From: the human T2T-CHM13v2.0 reference genome, Homo sapiens
Direction: 5' to 3' (one strand)
DNA: 64,000 nt
NCBI RefSeq assembly: GCF_009914755.1
Contig: NC_060939.1
Position 1 is the stretch's first letter, and each line of letters begins with the position of its first letter. Position numbers and translations under genes: made by a program. Under the pieces are notes generated by a model. That model worked only from the letters and a program-made list of their open reading frames with translations. It searched no databases and had not been told where the DNA came from. Shown here in pieces: positions 47,968-64,000 of this stretch.

Positions 47968-48264
47968 TTTTGTTTGTTTTTTGAGACGGAGTTTTGCTCT
48001 GTCACCCAGGCTGGAGTGCAATGGCATGATCTCGGCTAACTGCAACCTCTGCCTCCCGGGTTCAAGTGATTCTTGTGCTTCAGCCTTCTGAGTAGCTGGG
48101 ACTTCAGGTGTATGCCACCATGCCACGCTAATTTTTGTATTTTTAGTAGAGATGGGGTTTTACCATGTTGGTCAGGCTGGTCTCGAACTCCTGGCCTCAA
48201 GCAGTGCGCCTGCCTCAGCCTCCCAAAGTGCTGGGATTACAGGCGTGAGCCACCGTGCCTGGCC
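47968..48264 (-). mobile_element. Alu (AluS-like) with TSD TGACCTCCTGT
   Basis: Reverse-complement Alu with flanking duplication. Confidence 0.95.
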
Positions 48265-51200
48265 TGACCTCCTGTCTTCTGTTTTTGCCCACTGTCAAGG
48301 GTAGACTTCTTCAAGGCTGTACTTGTGCTATCCTAAAGAGGAGTAATGGGAGACATTTCTGACTTTGTCAGCATGCTGCTTGGCAGCACCTGCCTCGTTT
48401 CTGGTGACCATTTGGAAATGTGTCCTTTATCTGGTAGCAAGGAGCATTTACATTGATCCCTATGCACTTAATTGGCATACTTTTATTCCTCTGGATTTTT
48501 TTTTTAAAGCATAATTGTTCGTGTCTACATGATGTAACATGCTGCTGACTTTTAAGCAAATTAACAGAGTTCGTGCTGAAGCGCAAGGGTGCAGGGAAAC
48601 AAAATGGGAGGGTTATTAAAGGGGTGAGGCGGCTCCTCAAAGATGTCACTGCACCATTCATTCTTGTGTTCCTGGCCCATGGCAGGCTCATTAATCCTCC
48701 ACGACAATCCATTAGCATGCCTGTCAACCCTTCAGAGAAGATGAGCCATAGGAAGGCTTAGGGATCCCCACTTGAACTGCTGTGTGGCTCTATGAACATC
48801 CCCACCTTCCTGGAGTGAGGTGGTTGTGGCCACCTGACTTTCCCCATTTTTTTTTTTTGGACCTCAGCCTCCAGCGCTCCTGGGCCAGACTCAGGGTGGG
48901 GGGGATGCAGGTGCCAGTGACTGACACTTGGCCCCTCACACTTCACTGCCTGATTTGCTTTAAAGGCAAGGGTTGCTCATGCTTGTCTGAGCTCTCCATC
49001 TGTTTGAGAATTATATTGTTCTCAACTGGAACTTGTAAAAGAGAAAAAAATGTACTTCTCAATTTCCATGGAAGAATATAGATTTTCTGGTGGGGTGGAA
49101 ACTTTCTTAGCATGAAGGGATCTTTGTGTGATCTGCGCATCAGCACTGAATAAAGAATGGGTGCGCCGAAGTCGGGGAGGCCGACTTTCCTGTGGCTTGC
49201 TGGGGAAAGTTTGAACTGTGTGTAAGCAGTGCGTGGAAGGAAAGCTAAGTGTGGAGATAACGAAGGGAATGGGATTTAATAGAAACAGGGTGTGATGAGT
49301 GGCAGTTGCCTGATGAAGTGGAAATCTTGTGTTCCAAATTTGTGAGATCCATTTCTGTCCTCTAAGGAAAATGTTGTATGTGCAGGAGGAGTTCATGTAG
49401 TTGGGTTAGATTGTGTTTTCTGTCTTTATTTTTTTTCCTGCCTCTATGGGTTGTGAACAAAAACAAGAATTTGATATTCTGCAGTATAGTTAACTCGTGC
49501 AAACAGTGTATGCTTTTCAGTGGGATATAAGGTCTGAAATAATAGGATTTTCCCTAGTAAGTCAGTTTCATTCCTTTACATGTGGGTTATGAGATACAAA
49601 GTGAAGCTCTGTAAAGCTTTTTACGAGCTCCCTGTGTTGCCCTCCTTTGACGGGTCAAGGCATTGGGGTTGACAGAGGTTTCTACTCTCAGAGGCTTTAA
49701 AGAGGTGCCCACTCTGGTGAGATGGCTGTCAGCATGCACGATGTGTGTGAGAGAGCACCTCTTCAATCATATGCACCTGGCTGTAGCATCCTTGTCAGCC
49801 TTAAGAGATACCTCCAAAGCGGAATTTTCTACCCCTAGAATCATGTGAGGTCATCTCAATTTAAGCCCCAGCTCTGCTCCCTAAATTACCTGAGTGATCC
49901 CAGGTAGGTCATTTGCTCATTGTTAACCATCAGTTTCCTTAGCTGCAAAACAGAGCAGATAACACCCCAAAAGAGTTCTCATAGTAAATCACATCAGGCT
50001 TACACAATCTCAGAAATGTGCAGCTCCACAGGAATCTTCATTACCTCTTTAGGCAGTCCAGTCGGGTTTCAAATGAATCCTACTGTCTGTTCTTATATGG
50101 AACCACAGTCCCTCACCCTGTGTTGATCTAAGTTCTCTGTTTCTCTCCTCCAGCAGGGTCATAAAGAGCCTGACCAGTCCCCCTCCCTGGAGACCTTTGT
50201 GTGCTGGGTTTCTGCAGCCGTTCTCCATGAGAAGGGACTTCTGGTCCCTGCTCTCACTTGGATGTTCTTCCACTGACTTATCTCTCTTAATGTGTGGAGG
50301 CAGAAACCCAGTTTTCAGGGTCTCTCCCCGGCCCCTTACTAAGTCTCCCTTAGGTACAGTCTAAGACTGCCTGACTTTTTCTTCTTTTTTTTTTTTTTTT
50401 TGGCAGCCACAACATCACATCGTCACATACAGAAATTATATCCAATTAAATCTCCTAAGTCTTTTTCACACCTCCTACATTTGTGCATTTCTTTTTTTGC
50501 ACCCAAGTGTCCAAATAGCATTTATTTCCTCTCTATTGCAATTCCAATCTGTTGATCTTTTTAGCTCTTGACTCTGTCATCCAGTGTATTTGCCATTGCT
50601 CCTGGAAACTTGTCATCTTTGAATTAGATAAACATTTTATCTGTGCCATCGTTCAAGTAATTGATAAAAATGTTGAAATCTACAGTACTCAGAAAGAGAC
50701 CTGTGGCCTCCCACTAGAGACCTTCCTTGGTCTGTTCATTAATCAGCACTTTGTAGGGTAAATTGAACATTTACTAAGCTATTCAGATGTAGTTCATATT
50801 TCTTCACCTTGTCAACAAAGAGATCTTAGCAAGGCATTGTAGACCAAGTATGTGTTCCTGGAATATACATATTAAGAAAAAATCCTTATGCCAAGAAAAT
50901 GGGCACATCCCCAAAACCCAGGTTATTGTAGTTTACGGCTTCTGACCCAGGGCTTCACTTTGTAGCAGTGTTTTTCTTCTGTTTTTGCCTTTGGCTGATA
51001 CCACTGCTAGAGTGCAGATAAGAGAATGTTACTACCAGGGGGCTTGAGTGTCGGGCTATGATTGGCTGTCATCTGGAGCAGAGTGGGACTGAGCTGCTCA
51101 GGAGAAAGGTCTTCAGGTGATTTTTTTTGGGAAGCTAAGAGCACTGGTTTTAGACATCCTCTCCTGGCTGATGATGGGATTGGCCTCCATGGGGCTGCTG

Positions 51201-52080
51201 TCTGGCTGGGCTGGTGGGCAGAGGTTCCTGTGGGTGTGGATGGAGAAATCCTAAATGCCGAGGGTACCTGGTCTTAGTAGAAATCGTAGGATGCCTCAGT
51301 GAAGAAGTCAGGGATGCGGATTGTCCTCCGGATGCTTGGATGAGCGTGCAGTGGAAAAAGTACTCCTTTGGGGGAAGAGGTGAATCTGGAGGTGTTAGAG
51401 CAGAAGAGTAAATGCAGAAGTTGTAGCAGATACAAAGGCTTTGGCAAGAGTGGGAGTGATCATTGAAGGGAAGGCAGGGGCTTGCTGGGACAGGCTGGAG
51501 CCGTGATGGACCCTCATAGTAACCCTGCTGCATTTTACAAAGGAAGAACTGTGTTGGGGTACAGATGTGCCAAACACTCAAAGTTAGAAAATCAACGCAG
51601 TCGGTTGTAGCTTCTGCCCTTGAAACATCAGATAGTGAGAACCTGCCACTGTTCAGTTTGCAGAGTGGTTGGTTGCATACAGTGTTTTAGCTCTTGCCCA
51701 CTCAATACAGAGGTTGCATGCGGGCGTCCACCTGCTCCGCCACCTCTGCCTGCTTGTGGCTGTGTGCCCAGAGCCCATTTCCCTGGGGAGTCAGTGCAGC
51801 ACTCCTGGGGGACCCTTCTGTTTGTGTCCTGACGAATCTGACTGTGCTGGATGCAGTCCCACAGCCACACCTGGTATGGGTGGCATCTTTAAAGGCCTGG
51901 CCTGTGTGTGCTGTATCTGCAGCAGAGCTGTGGCCAAACCTGCTTTCCTTCCATCTGGGTTCCCCTTGGTTCTCGGTGGTGGACGGGCTGTGTGGTCTCC
52001 CCTCAGCTGTCCACTTGCACTTGTGTTAAAATGCGGCAGAACTTTCCCTCTATACTTAAATTGTGGTGAAATACATATGA

Positions 52081-52738
<658 letters not shown>

Positions 52739-52739
52739 T

Positions 52740-53030
52740 CCCATCTTAACATTTTAAAGTGTTCAGTTTAAGTACCTTTACACTGCTGTCCAATCAATCT
52801 CTAGAACGCTTTTCATCTTGAAAAACGGAAACTCTGTACCCATTAATAACTCCCATTCTCTCCTACCACAGCCACGGGCAGCCACTTTCTGCTTTCTCCG
52901 TGAGTCTGACTACTTTGAGTACCTATGAGCAGAATCCGCAGGATTTCTCCTTTTGTGACTGCCTTATTTCACTTAGCATAATGTCCTCAAGCTCCATCCA
53001 GGTTGTTGCATGTGAGAGGATTTCCTTCCT
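52740..53030 (-). mobile_element. L1MB-like 3' fragment (begins ~52058, split by Alus)
   Basis: Similar to the 40285-40600 fragment (TTCATCTT...AAACTC, AGCATAATGTCCTCAAG). Confidence 0.8.
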
Positions 53031-54846
53031 GTGCATGAACTAGAGTGATGCAGGGACTGACCTCTGGCCATGTGATGGGTGGTTGGTGATGGATCCAAGA
53101 GGTAGCTGGTCTCTGAATACTAGCCCAGTCCTTTTCCTTGCTAGGAAAGTCCCCAGATCAGATAGAAAGCCTCAGTATTTCAAGAAGCTTCTGTTTTGAC
53201 ACCACATCCATGAAGAATCACACTGCAGGGTAGGGGAACAGATGAGTGGGATTTCTACACTGTTATCAGCTAGACTTAGATAACTGGCTAATTGAAAAGA
53301 GTACAGGTCACTTAAGGAAACTGGAGCATTGTAGGGCAAGGTAAAATGCTTTTGAAATGAGGATGTGAACTGTAACTGGAATGATGTAATGTGTTCTACA
53401 AAATGAAGCCAGTGAGAGGACAGGGGACACAGGGCCGACTTTTATTTAGGACATTTGCCTGGTTCTGAGAAGAAAGTTGAAAGTCACGAGAGAGAGGGAA
53501 AGGAAGGCAGAAGGAACTTGGTTTTTGCAGGTGCCTGCTCAGCATGGGCCTTGCCCCAGCTTGGCTGTACCTCACAGCACCATCCACTGGCTCTACAGTC
53601 TGTCCTTCGGAGGTTTAGGGTGCTGTCTCATGCACAGTGGGTGCTAGGTGGTAGTGAGGACAGGGTGTGGGACTAGGCAGGTGCTGCCCCTCGGAAGGCC
53701 TCATGGTGAGGCAAAGATCTCTGGCTCCGAGGGACTCTATCTCCTGGTGTCCTGCTTCATCGAGAAGCCAGCCACCCATGGGAACTGTGGATAATTAGAA
53801 AGGCCTAGAGGCTCTTCTAAGGGTGTTTTTTGAAATATGGAGACTTAGAATATTGGGCTTTGGGATATTTTAAGATGAGAAAGGCATTTGGAGTAACTGT
53901 CAGAGCAGATAAAGTTGTTTTTATGAAGATCCGGGAAAACGGTTGTTACAAATACAGCTCTGCACCAATTCTGCGCCAGTCTGTTTGGCTACAGATGCTT
54001 TCAGTGGAGGGGACACTGGGGCTTGTGTTCCCTTTAGTCTTTGAATTCCCGTTAAAGTTTCCATGTCTTAAGTGGCGTGGCAGGATAGAAACATCTCACC
54101 CATCTTAGTAAGTTCTTTGCTGTATGTAGCACTCTGGTTTTAACGTTCTGAGCCTTCAGGACTGCCCTTGATGTGTGCATTTATTTTGTTGATATGCATG
54201 ATGTGTGGGTGGCTCTGCGGCAGTAAAACAGTTCACATTCAAATTACACTCGGTTTCTAATTTCTGTTCTCAGAGTTTCCTCTGTAATGGAAATCTCTTA
54301 CATTCTTATCATTGCCTTCAGTTATTGAATGTGTTAGGTGGCCAGGATTGCTGTCTGTGTGAAATGGGAATGTATATATACAACGTAAACATGTTCTGAT
54401 TGACACGTGAAGATAAAGGGCTTAACATGAATTGTGTCGGTTTACACTTACACAGAAAATTCTACTGTAATAAACTGAAGTGTCAGTAGTGTTTGTTATC
54501 ATAACATTGTCTTTTTCCCTCTTTTCTGATCTCTGATTTTTCAATTAGGAATGAGGCCTAAAGAAACCCATGCTCTCTCTTCTCTGAGCGCAAGGAGGGT
54601 GTGCTGAGACCTTGAAGGGCACAGCATGGGAGGATCATATACTAGGGAGAGTCTGTCTCCACCCCATTTTTCTTCTGCTTTGCTTTGTTTCGTAGTTTCT
54701 TCGGGCTTCTTGGGGGTTTTCTGAGAGAGAGAATGTCAATTTGAGAAGTAACAGGTGCACAGGCTTTACCTGCACCACACTGCAGATAAGGTGGGTAGGG
54801 AGGGTAGTGACAGGTGGTGTGGTGGGTTATTCAGTTCTTTCCTAGG

Positions 54847-54990
54847 GCAGTGGGTCTCACAGGGTGGTGCTTAGGCCAGCAGCATCAGCATCACCTGGGT
54901 GCATATTAGAAACAAATTTTGGGGCCTCACCTCTTGCGTTTTAACAGTTCCTTCAAGTGGTCCTGATGCATGTTGAGGACTTTGAACACT
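54847..54990. mobile_element. MER5A-like hAT MITE
   Basis: CAGTGGGTCTCA...CAGCAGCATCAGCATCACCTGG...ATTAGAAA. Confidence 0.7.
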
Positions 54991-55673
54991 CCTCCTACAA
55001 GCAAAGTGAAGTTGACCTCCCACACACTTGTCTCAGTCTGCTTTCTAGCATCTGTCCCATTGCCTTTGTTGTTCTCCCCGCCACACGGGCTGCACCCCTG
55101 GGATTCCCCCAGCTGCCACCAGGCATCAGCTCCAGCTGCCTCCCAGGGTGTGCTCCTGCCTCTGCTTGGAGTACCCTGCCTCCCACTCTTCCTGGCAAGA
55201 CCCTGCTCATCTTTCAGGGTCGTCTCTGCTGAGAAGTCTTCCTGACCTCCTCGGAGATAGGGAGTTGTGGGGCCTTGTCTTTATGTTCCCAGGGTTCTGT
55301 CTATTGCGCTATTAAAACTTTTTTTTTCATTTAATTTGCCACTTGCTAGAGAGATGGTTGTTCTGCCTTCGTTGTGCAAAATTCAGTGATACACTAATCC
55401 TCTCCTAACCTCTTAAATCATTTTGACTTTCACAGAGTGATAGTGTCTAGAGAGGGTTTTTGTTGTACTAAGTTATTGGTTCCAAAGAATTCATTTTAAG
55501 AGGAGTAAAGAACTATTATAGTATGCCGCTTACTGAGACAAAACCGACTTCTCACATAAGCCCAAAGGTTTTGTTATGTTGGATTTTACCATTAGAGTTA
55601 AAGATGATGATTGGTTCACTAATGTGCTTTACCTTCACAGTGTGCCTGTAGACCTGTAGTAAAAGAAGGCTAA

Positions 55674-56060
<387 letters not shown>

Positions 56061-56756
56061 TGATCAAGTAGTTACCCATTTTAACTAAATGGATAACTAT
56101 AACATTCTTTAATGGAATTGTTGACAGAGGGATAATCAGTGTTTTTGCTAATTCATGCCACCCTCCTTTGTTGTATGTTAGTAATATTTACATTGGGGCA
56201 ACAAAATAGATCAGTATTTCCATTAATGTTTACTTAATAACAGCTGCTAAAAGGTATTACTGTTTGCAGTAACACAAAAGCACTTACCTGATTCTTATGC
56301 CAGCTTCTATAGGGTAGGTAGTGACAGCCCATTTTGCAGGTGAGGAAGATGGGGTTTAGAGGTGAGGTGTGTCTGCCTGAGAGCAGGAGCTGGTAAATGG
56401 CACTCTGGGCTCATGGGAGTCACGCTGTTTTTTTTTTTTTTTTTTTTTTTCCTAGGACCTCAAGGTTGTGTCTAAGACATAATTTACAGTTCTCGTGTAG
56501 GTCTTCCAAATACTTAGCTACACAGCTTTGGGGCGTTTTCTCAGCCAAATACTTTTCTTTAGCCCTTCTCATATTAACATTTAGTTCTTAGGGATTTATT
56601 TTCAAAATATATATAGCTTGTATATGCCATTCACCTAAGTTGTTAGAGCAGACATTCTGCCTCTTGATCTTTAGAAAATACCTAAGAGTATTTTGTTAAC
56701 AGTACTCATTTCAGCTGAAAGACTTTATTTTAAAATTTAATTTAATTTTATTATTG

Positions 56757-57021
56757 TTTTTTGAGACAGAATCTTGCTCTGTGTCTCCCAGGCTGGAGTG
56801 CAGTGGTGTGATCTTGACTTGTTGCAACGTCTGCCTTGTGGGTTCAAGTGATTCTTGGGCCTCAGCCACCCAAGTAGCTGGGATTACAGGCGTGCACCAC
56901 CACGCCTGGCTAATTTTTGTATTTTTAGTAGAGATGGGGTTTCAGACTCTTGGCCTCAAGCGATCTACCTGCCTTGGGCTACCAGAGTGCTGGGACTGCA
57001 GGCATGAACCACTGTGCCTGA
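56757..57021 (-). mobile_element. Alu (internal deletion)
   Basis: Reverse-complement Alu. Confidence 0.9.
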
Positions 57022-57053
57022 CTTTTAAGGCTTTCTTTAAAATGGCATCTTTT

Positions 57054-57356
57054 GGCCAGGTGTGGTGGTAATCCCAGCACTTCTGGAGGCTGAGGCTGGA
57101 GGATTGCTTGAGCCCAGGAATTGGAGACCAACCTGGGCAACATAGGGAAACCCTCTCTCTGCCAAAAAATTAAAAAACAAAACAAAACCTAGGTGTTATG
57201 GTGTACCCCTGTGGTCCCAGCTGCTTGGGAGCTGAGGTGGAAGGATTGCTTGAGCCCAGGAGGTCGAGGCTGCATTGAGCCACGATTGTGCTGCAGCACT
57301 CTAGCCTGGGTGACAGAGTGAGACCACGTCTCAAAAAACAATAAAAAATAAATAAA
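57054..57356 (+). mobile_element. Alu (AluJ-like)
   Basis: Full Alu; TSD AAAATG(G/A)CATCTTT. Confidence 0.92.
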
Positions 57357-58288
57357 ATGACATCTTTGGAGAAGTGAATTCTACCCAGGTACCAAGCCCC
57401 TGCCTGCCCCTCCCAACTCCCTTCCCTGACTCCCAGCACCCCCATCTGTTTTGGTTCTGCTGTTGCCATTCTCTGGCTTTGGGGACTTTGCTGAGGCCCC
57501 ACTGTCCCCATCTTCCAGCTGTACCCTTTCTCTCTGCTTCCCTGCTTGTCTTATTCTTTACAGGGCTGCCTGGGATCTCACATTCCAAAAGTTTTTGGGT
57601 TTGTTTTTGGATCATGCCAATATCGGTTGCTTTGAGAAGGGAGAAAGGGTATTTTGCATTTTCCTTTTAATCATCGGTGAGTAGCCACAAAGGGTGTGTC
57701 TCTCCCTCTTGTGCTGTGTTTACTGTTTACTCCCTCGGTGCATGAATTATTTCATGGCACCAGTGGAGCATATTTTCTTCTCTTTCCTGTTTGTGGCTTG
57801 CGCCTCCTGAACGCTGCTATCATTCATGGTCCAGCTTGGTTTTCTTTTTCACTGTTTCTATCACAAAACCTCCTGAAGACCAGTGGTGTCAGTCATAGGC
57901 TCCAAAACAGCTGGTTCCTAGGCCCTGCCTCGTGCTCTGTGGTTTGGGCTTGTCTTTTCTTCCAGAGTAAGTGGGTAGCTTCTTCCTACTTTTTTTCTCT
58001 TTTCTTCTATAAATGGGAGGAAAAGTGTGAAGTATGGAGACTGCTCTTTCATTTGAAGGAAATTCACAGTTCCAGCTCTGTAGTGTGGCCTCTGTTAACT
58101 AGTGGTCAACACTGACTGTGGAAGGGGGGCCAGATGGCAAAGTGAAGCAGATTCTTTCCTCCTGTCTGCATTTTGATTGCAGTATGAAGTTCAACTTGCT
58201 TCAGTCTTTGTCTTCATGTTGTTTCACTAGGTACTGAATTTTGTGATCTGTTGGAAATAACAAGTAAATAGATGCCTAACGCTTTATA

Positions 58289-58610
58289 CAGGTTGAGCCT
58301 GTCTAATCCAAAAATCCAAAATCCAGAATGCTTCAAAAGTTTCAGCTTTTGGAGCACTGACATGACACCACAAGTGGAAAATTCCACACCTGACCTCATG
58401 TGACGGGTCACTTTTCGAAACTCAGGCACACGACACACAGTTAATTTAGTGTCCCCAGGGGAAAAAAAGACCCTCCCGGCCCCCTTCAGCTGTGATGTGT
58501 CTTTTCCACACATGCCCAGATTCCCTCAGACACCTCCACAAAGGGTAATAAAATGGTTCGTTGTATACAAACTTTGTTTCATGCACAAGATTATTAAAAA
58601 TATATAAAAT
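58289..58610. mobile_element. Tigger4/Zombi (MER46-type) DNA transposon fragment
   Basis: TA|CAGGTTGAG...AATCCAAAAATCCAAAATCC...GGAAAATTCCACACCTGACCTCATGTGACGG. Confidence 0.8.
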
Positions 58611-58689
58611 GACTTTTTAGAGAAGCGAGAAGAGAAATGAGAGGTAGGGGAGGGAGGGAGGAGTTGGGGGACAGTTGGGGGAATAGTTG

Positions 58690-59810
58690 AAGCTAAGGTG
58701 TTTAGGCAGAGCTCTGAGGAGGTGACGTTTGAGTGGAGACCCAGATGGCTAGAGAATGGGGCAGCCTCCTGAAGGAGCAGAAGCACTGTGGGCGGCAGGG
58801 TATCACAGAGGAGGAGCTCGGTGTGTTGGAGGTTGGTGAGTCCCGTGGAGTCTTGTCAGATGGTGTTGGGACAGGGACGGACCGTGAGGAGGCTGGATCA
58901 TGGGGAATGTGTTGCTTTAGGCCAAGCTGGAGTTGATAGTGGCTCAGATCAGAGCTAAAGTAATGGAGACACACAGACATTGAAAGAATGATGAAATTCA
59001 CTCATTCTGCGTGTGTCCCATGTCATGTGTCCGCTGCACACCAAGTACTGTTTTAGGCACTGGTGATATAATTGTGAACCAACTGGAGCTGCGGTGAGAG
59101 AGACCATGAAAAGAAGGGCCAGAGCGGTGTCCTGCAGAGGGTGGTGTACCTTGGGAGGGAAGTGTGTAGGGTTGTTGAGGAACAGTGTGCTGCACAGGGA
59201 GGAAAGACGTGGGGCAGCATTGTGGGAAGAGCAACCAAGATTCTCATAGGCTTGGGAGCGGAAGCCCTGAGGTCTGTTGCTGGACTAGATATGTGAGGTG
59301 TGAGAGGAGAGAAGAATCAGGAATGACTCTTTGATTCTTAACGTGAGCAACTCAGAGAATGAGAGTGCTGCAGTTTACAAGCTTGGAAGGTGGATTATGT
59401 GGGGGGATGAGTGAGTTGTTTGACACCTCAATGGATATACTCGGATGTATACGTTAGAGCTCAAAAGAGTCTGGGCCAGTGACATGAATTTGATCATATC
59501 TAGAGTATGAGTGGCACAGGAAGCCACTTGTCTGGATGAGGTGACAGAGGAAAAGGTTGAGGATAGCAACCAACATTTAGAGGTAAGGTAGAAGGCAGAG
59601 CAGTGTGGAATCAGGGAAGCCGAGAGGAGGAGGCAATGCCAGGTGACTGGAAGGTCAAGTGACACTTCGACAGTGTCACTGAGGGCTCTGCTAGGAGCTA
59701 TTCGGTGTCATAATGGGGACAGAAGCTCAGTCGGAGTGGGTTAAAGGTAACCAGGAGGTGAGGGTGCTGAGAGGTGGGACTATTGACAAGCCTTGTGTCA
59801 AGTTTTGCTA
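58690..59810. mobile_element. L2 remnants
   Basis: Degenerate L2 motifs (GAGGAGGTGACGTTTGAG, AAGTACTGTTTTAGGCACTGGTGATA, GAGAAGAATCAGGAATGACTC). Confidence 0.55.
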
Positions 59811-60809
59811 TGTAGGGGCTGAAATCTAATGTATGTGACTGTGTATAAGTGACTTGACTTCCCCAAATCTGTTTCCTCACCTTTAAAATGGGTGTTTGCC
59901 AAGTGCTGGTTTCTGCTATTCTTTTCTCTGTCTTAGGGGTGTCATTTTCTCTTTGGTAAAACAGAAGAATTAGATGATATGAAGTTTCACATTCTAAGTT
60001 CTCAAGCTTTGCCCACTCCTCAGCCCTTGGGTCCCTCCACTTCCTCTTCTCTTCGCTATCTCTGCTCAGTTTCTGTCTTTGATTGTAATGTAATGCCCAG
60101 TGGGACTTTTCTTCTCTCCCTCGTCTGTTCACTTATTCCGTCCTGCACTGGGCCACCAGATTAATCCTGCAAAAGGCCTCACATGGGCTTCTCTCCCGCT
60201 CAGGAGCCTTGTGGGGGCTTTATTCCTCTGAGATGAAAGTTCTTATCCCCACATGTGATCCTTTATGACTTGGGTGCTATCAAATTCATTTCCTCAACTG
60301 CTCCCCTCTTCACCCTGACCATCAGATCTGCTGGCACATGGGCATACCTTGTTCTGCATTGTCTCTGGCCTGTGGGATATTTACCGAGCTTTAAATCCTA
60401 GGCACCCTTTGGGAGCCGGCCTGTGTGCAGAGCTCCCCTTAGCACGGTGGCACAAAGCTTGGACACCACCTCTTGTCTGTCCTGCTTAATTCCATTCACA
60501 TCTAGAGTGGACTCGCTGTGTGCACACCACTGACCACCTGCCTCATGTGACAGTTGTTCCTCATGGGTCTTAGCTCTTTGCCTTCACCATGAGCCTCCTC
60601 AGAGGGCAGGGCACTGCCTGTTGGCATTTCTCGTGGTATCATACATGTTGGGTGCTTCCCAAATTAATTACATCAGTCAGAAAACTTCACTCTATCTGAG
60701 AAGCTTTAATAGTGTACTTGGGATTATTAAATCCTAAAAAAGGTTATCACAAAGAGTTTTCTTGGTGTGTGTCTGTGCTTAGAATTTAGAAAATAAGTCA
60801 TCCAGTATT

Positions 60810-61290
60810 GAGGCCATTTTATGAAAAGCCTTTAAAATCTGCAAATGCGTTGGCCCAGCACTTCCACTTCTAGGGATTTATCCTAAGAAAATAGTCTTGG
60901 GTATCTGCCAATAATGTTCACTGGAGTGTTGTTTATAATGTGCAAAACAGGAGCTAACCTAAATGTCCAACAATAAGGGATTGGTTAAAAAAAAAAAACA
61001 ACCCTCATGGTGTGTATTAATACTCTGGAACTACTGTCCCCTTAAAATGGTGATGTAGAAGGACATGTATTGACCTAGTAAAATATTAAGTGAAGGAAGT
61101 GTGTTTACAAATGTCATTTTTGTCTGATTTCACTTACCTTCATTTATAGAGAGTGGATAATTGGCATAGATAGTGTTAACATTGTTTATCGTGGAATGTT
61201 GAGATCGTTGATGATTTTTACTGGTTTTTTTTTTTTGGTTATTACCTCTAAACTCTGTAGGAAGCATGCTTTCTTGATCAATAAAACTTA
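60810..61290 (+). mobile_element. Ancient L1ME-like 3' fragment
   Basis: CCCAGCACTTCCACTTCTAGGGATTTATCC...AACCTAAATGTCCAACAATAAGGGATTGG. Confidence 0.65.
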
Positions 61291-61927
61291 AAGTTGGAGT
61301 TTATGCTGCTTTTATTCATAAAAAAATCACGTTTTTAATCTTGTTAGGTTATCCTTTATGTCTACATTAATGCACGTGTGGAGAGAACACAGTCTACTCG
61401 GCTTATGTCAAATGGTAGTGGGAAGCATGGAAGCATGCGTTTTTTAGTCCCCACTTTACAAGTCACAGTGACGGTTCTCCAGTGTAGAGTAGATTGATTG
61501 CCCTGTGTCCTTCAGGCAGGGTGCAGTAGTAAGTTATTGATACTTGGCTGCTGAGCTGTCGTTCAGGCCTTGGCAACTGACGCTCTGCAGAACGGACCAG
61601 GAGTGTGCGGTGGTGGAGTCCGGCTGGCCTGGGTTGCAGATTTAACTTTCGCCTCTGCCTCTGTGTGCCTCTGGGCTGTAAGCTTTAGTTTGCACGGTTA
61701 ACGGGGATGGCCTCTCCCATGGTCGGTTGGAGTGTGTTGCACAGCGTCTGGTCCAGTGTTGGCACTGTATAAATGCCAGCTAACTGGTTAGCCACCTAAA
61801 CTGTCAGTCTGCAACCCACAGCTCTGCAGTGAACAATTGAACCTCATTTCTTTAATAATAATACAGGATTCCTGAAAACCAACTGTATTATTGTTTGGAA
61901 AATAGTTTAAAAATTATTTCCTTCTAA

Positions 61928-64000
<2,073 letters not shown>

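Overview
Human (primate) genomic DNA containing the 5' end of IGF1R (insulin-like growth factor 1 receptor) on the + strand. An AT-rich upstream segment (1-~1500) is followed by a ~4 kb CpG island holding the TATA-less promoter, a ~1038-nt 5'UTR (TSS ~2912; single uORF 3659-3745; poly-U/IRES region) and coding exon 1 (3950-4043, signal peptide). Next come a 57.9-kb intron 1 (4044-61958) with ~29 Alu/FLAM copies and L1, L2, MIR, MaLR and Tigger remnants, then coding exon 2 (61959-62504, L1 domain and start of the Cys-rich domain) and the start of intron 2. The antisense lncRNA IRAIN probably overlaps the promoter and exon 1. This is a well-studied locus, and nearly all other ORFs in the track are CpG-island or Alu artefacts. 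The most interesting signal is exon 2. It is exactly 546 nt (182 codons), phase 1-1, stop-free, and carries an in-frame ACCATGG start, so a back-spliced exon-2 circle would hold an endless ORF (rolling-circle translation candidate). Other leads are a secreted isoform from intron-2 read-through and polyadenylation, cryptic acceptors and an AUG-occluding stem in the IRES region, a (CG)9 Z-DNA tract abutting the TSS, a (GGAGGTT)6 expansion inside an Alu, closely spaced inverted Alu pairs, and a strong antisense Alu bias. Repeat boundaries and subfamilies were read by eye and are approximate.
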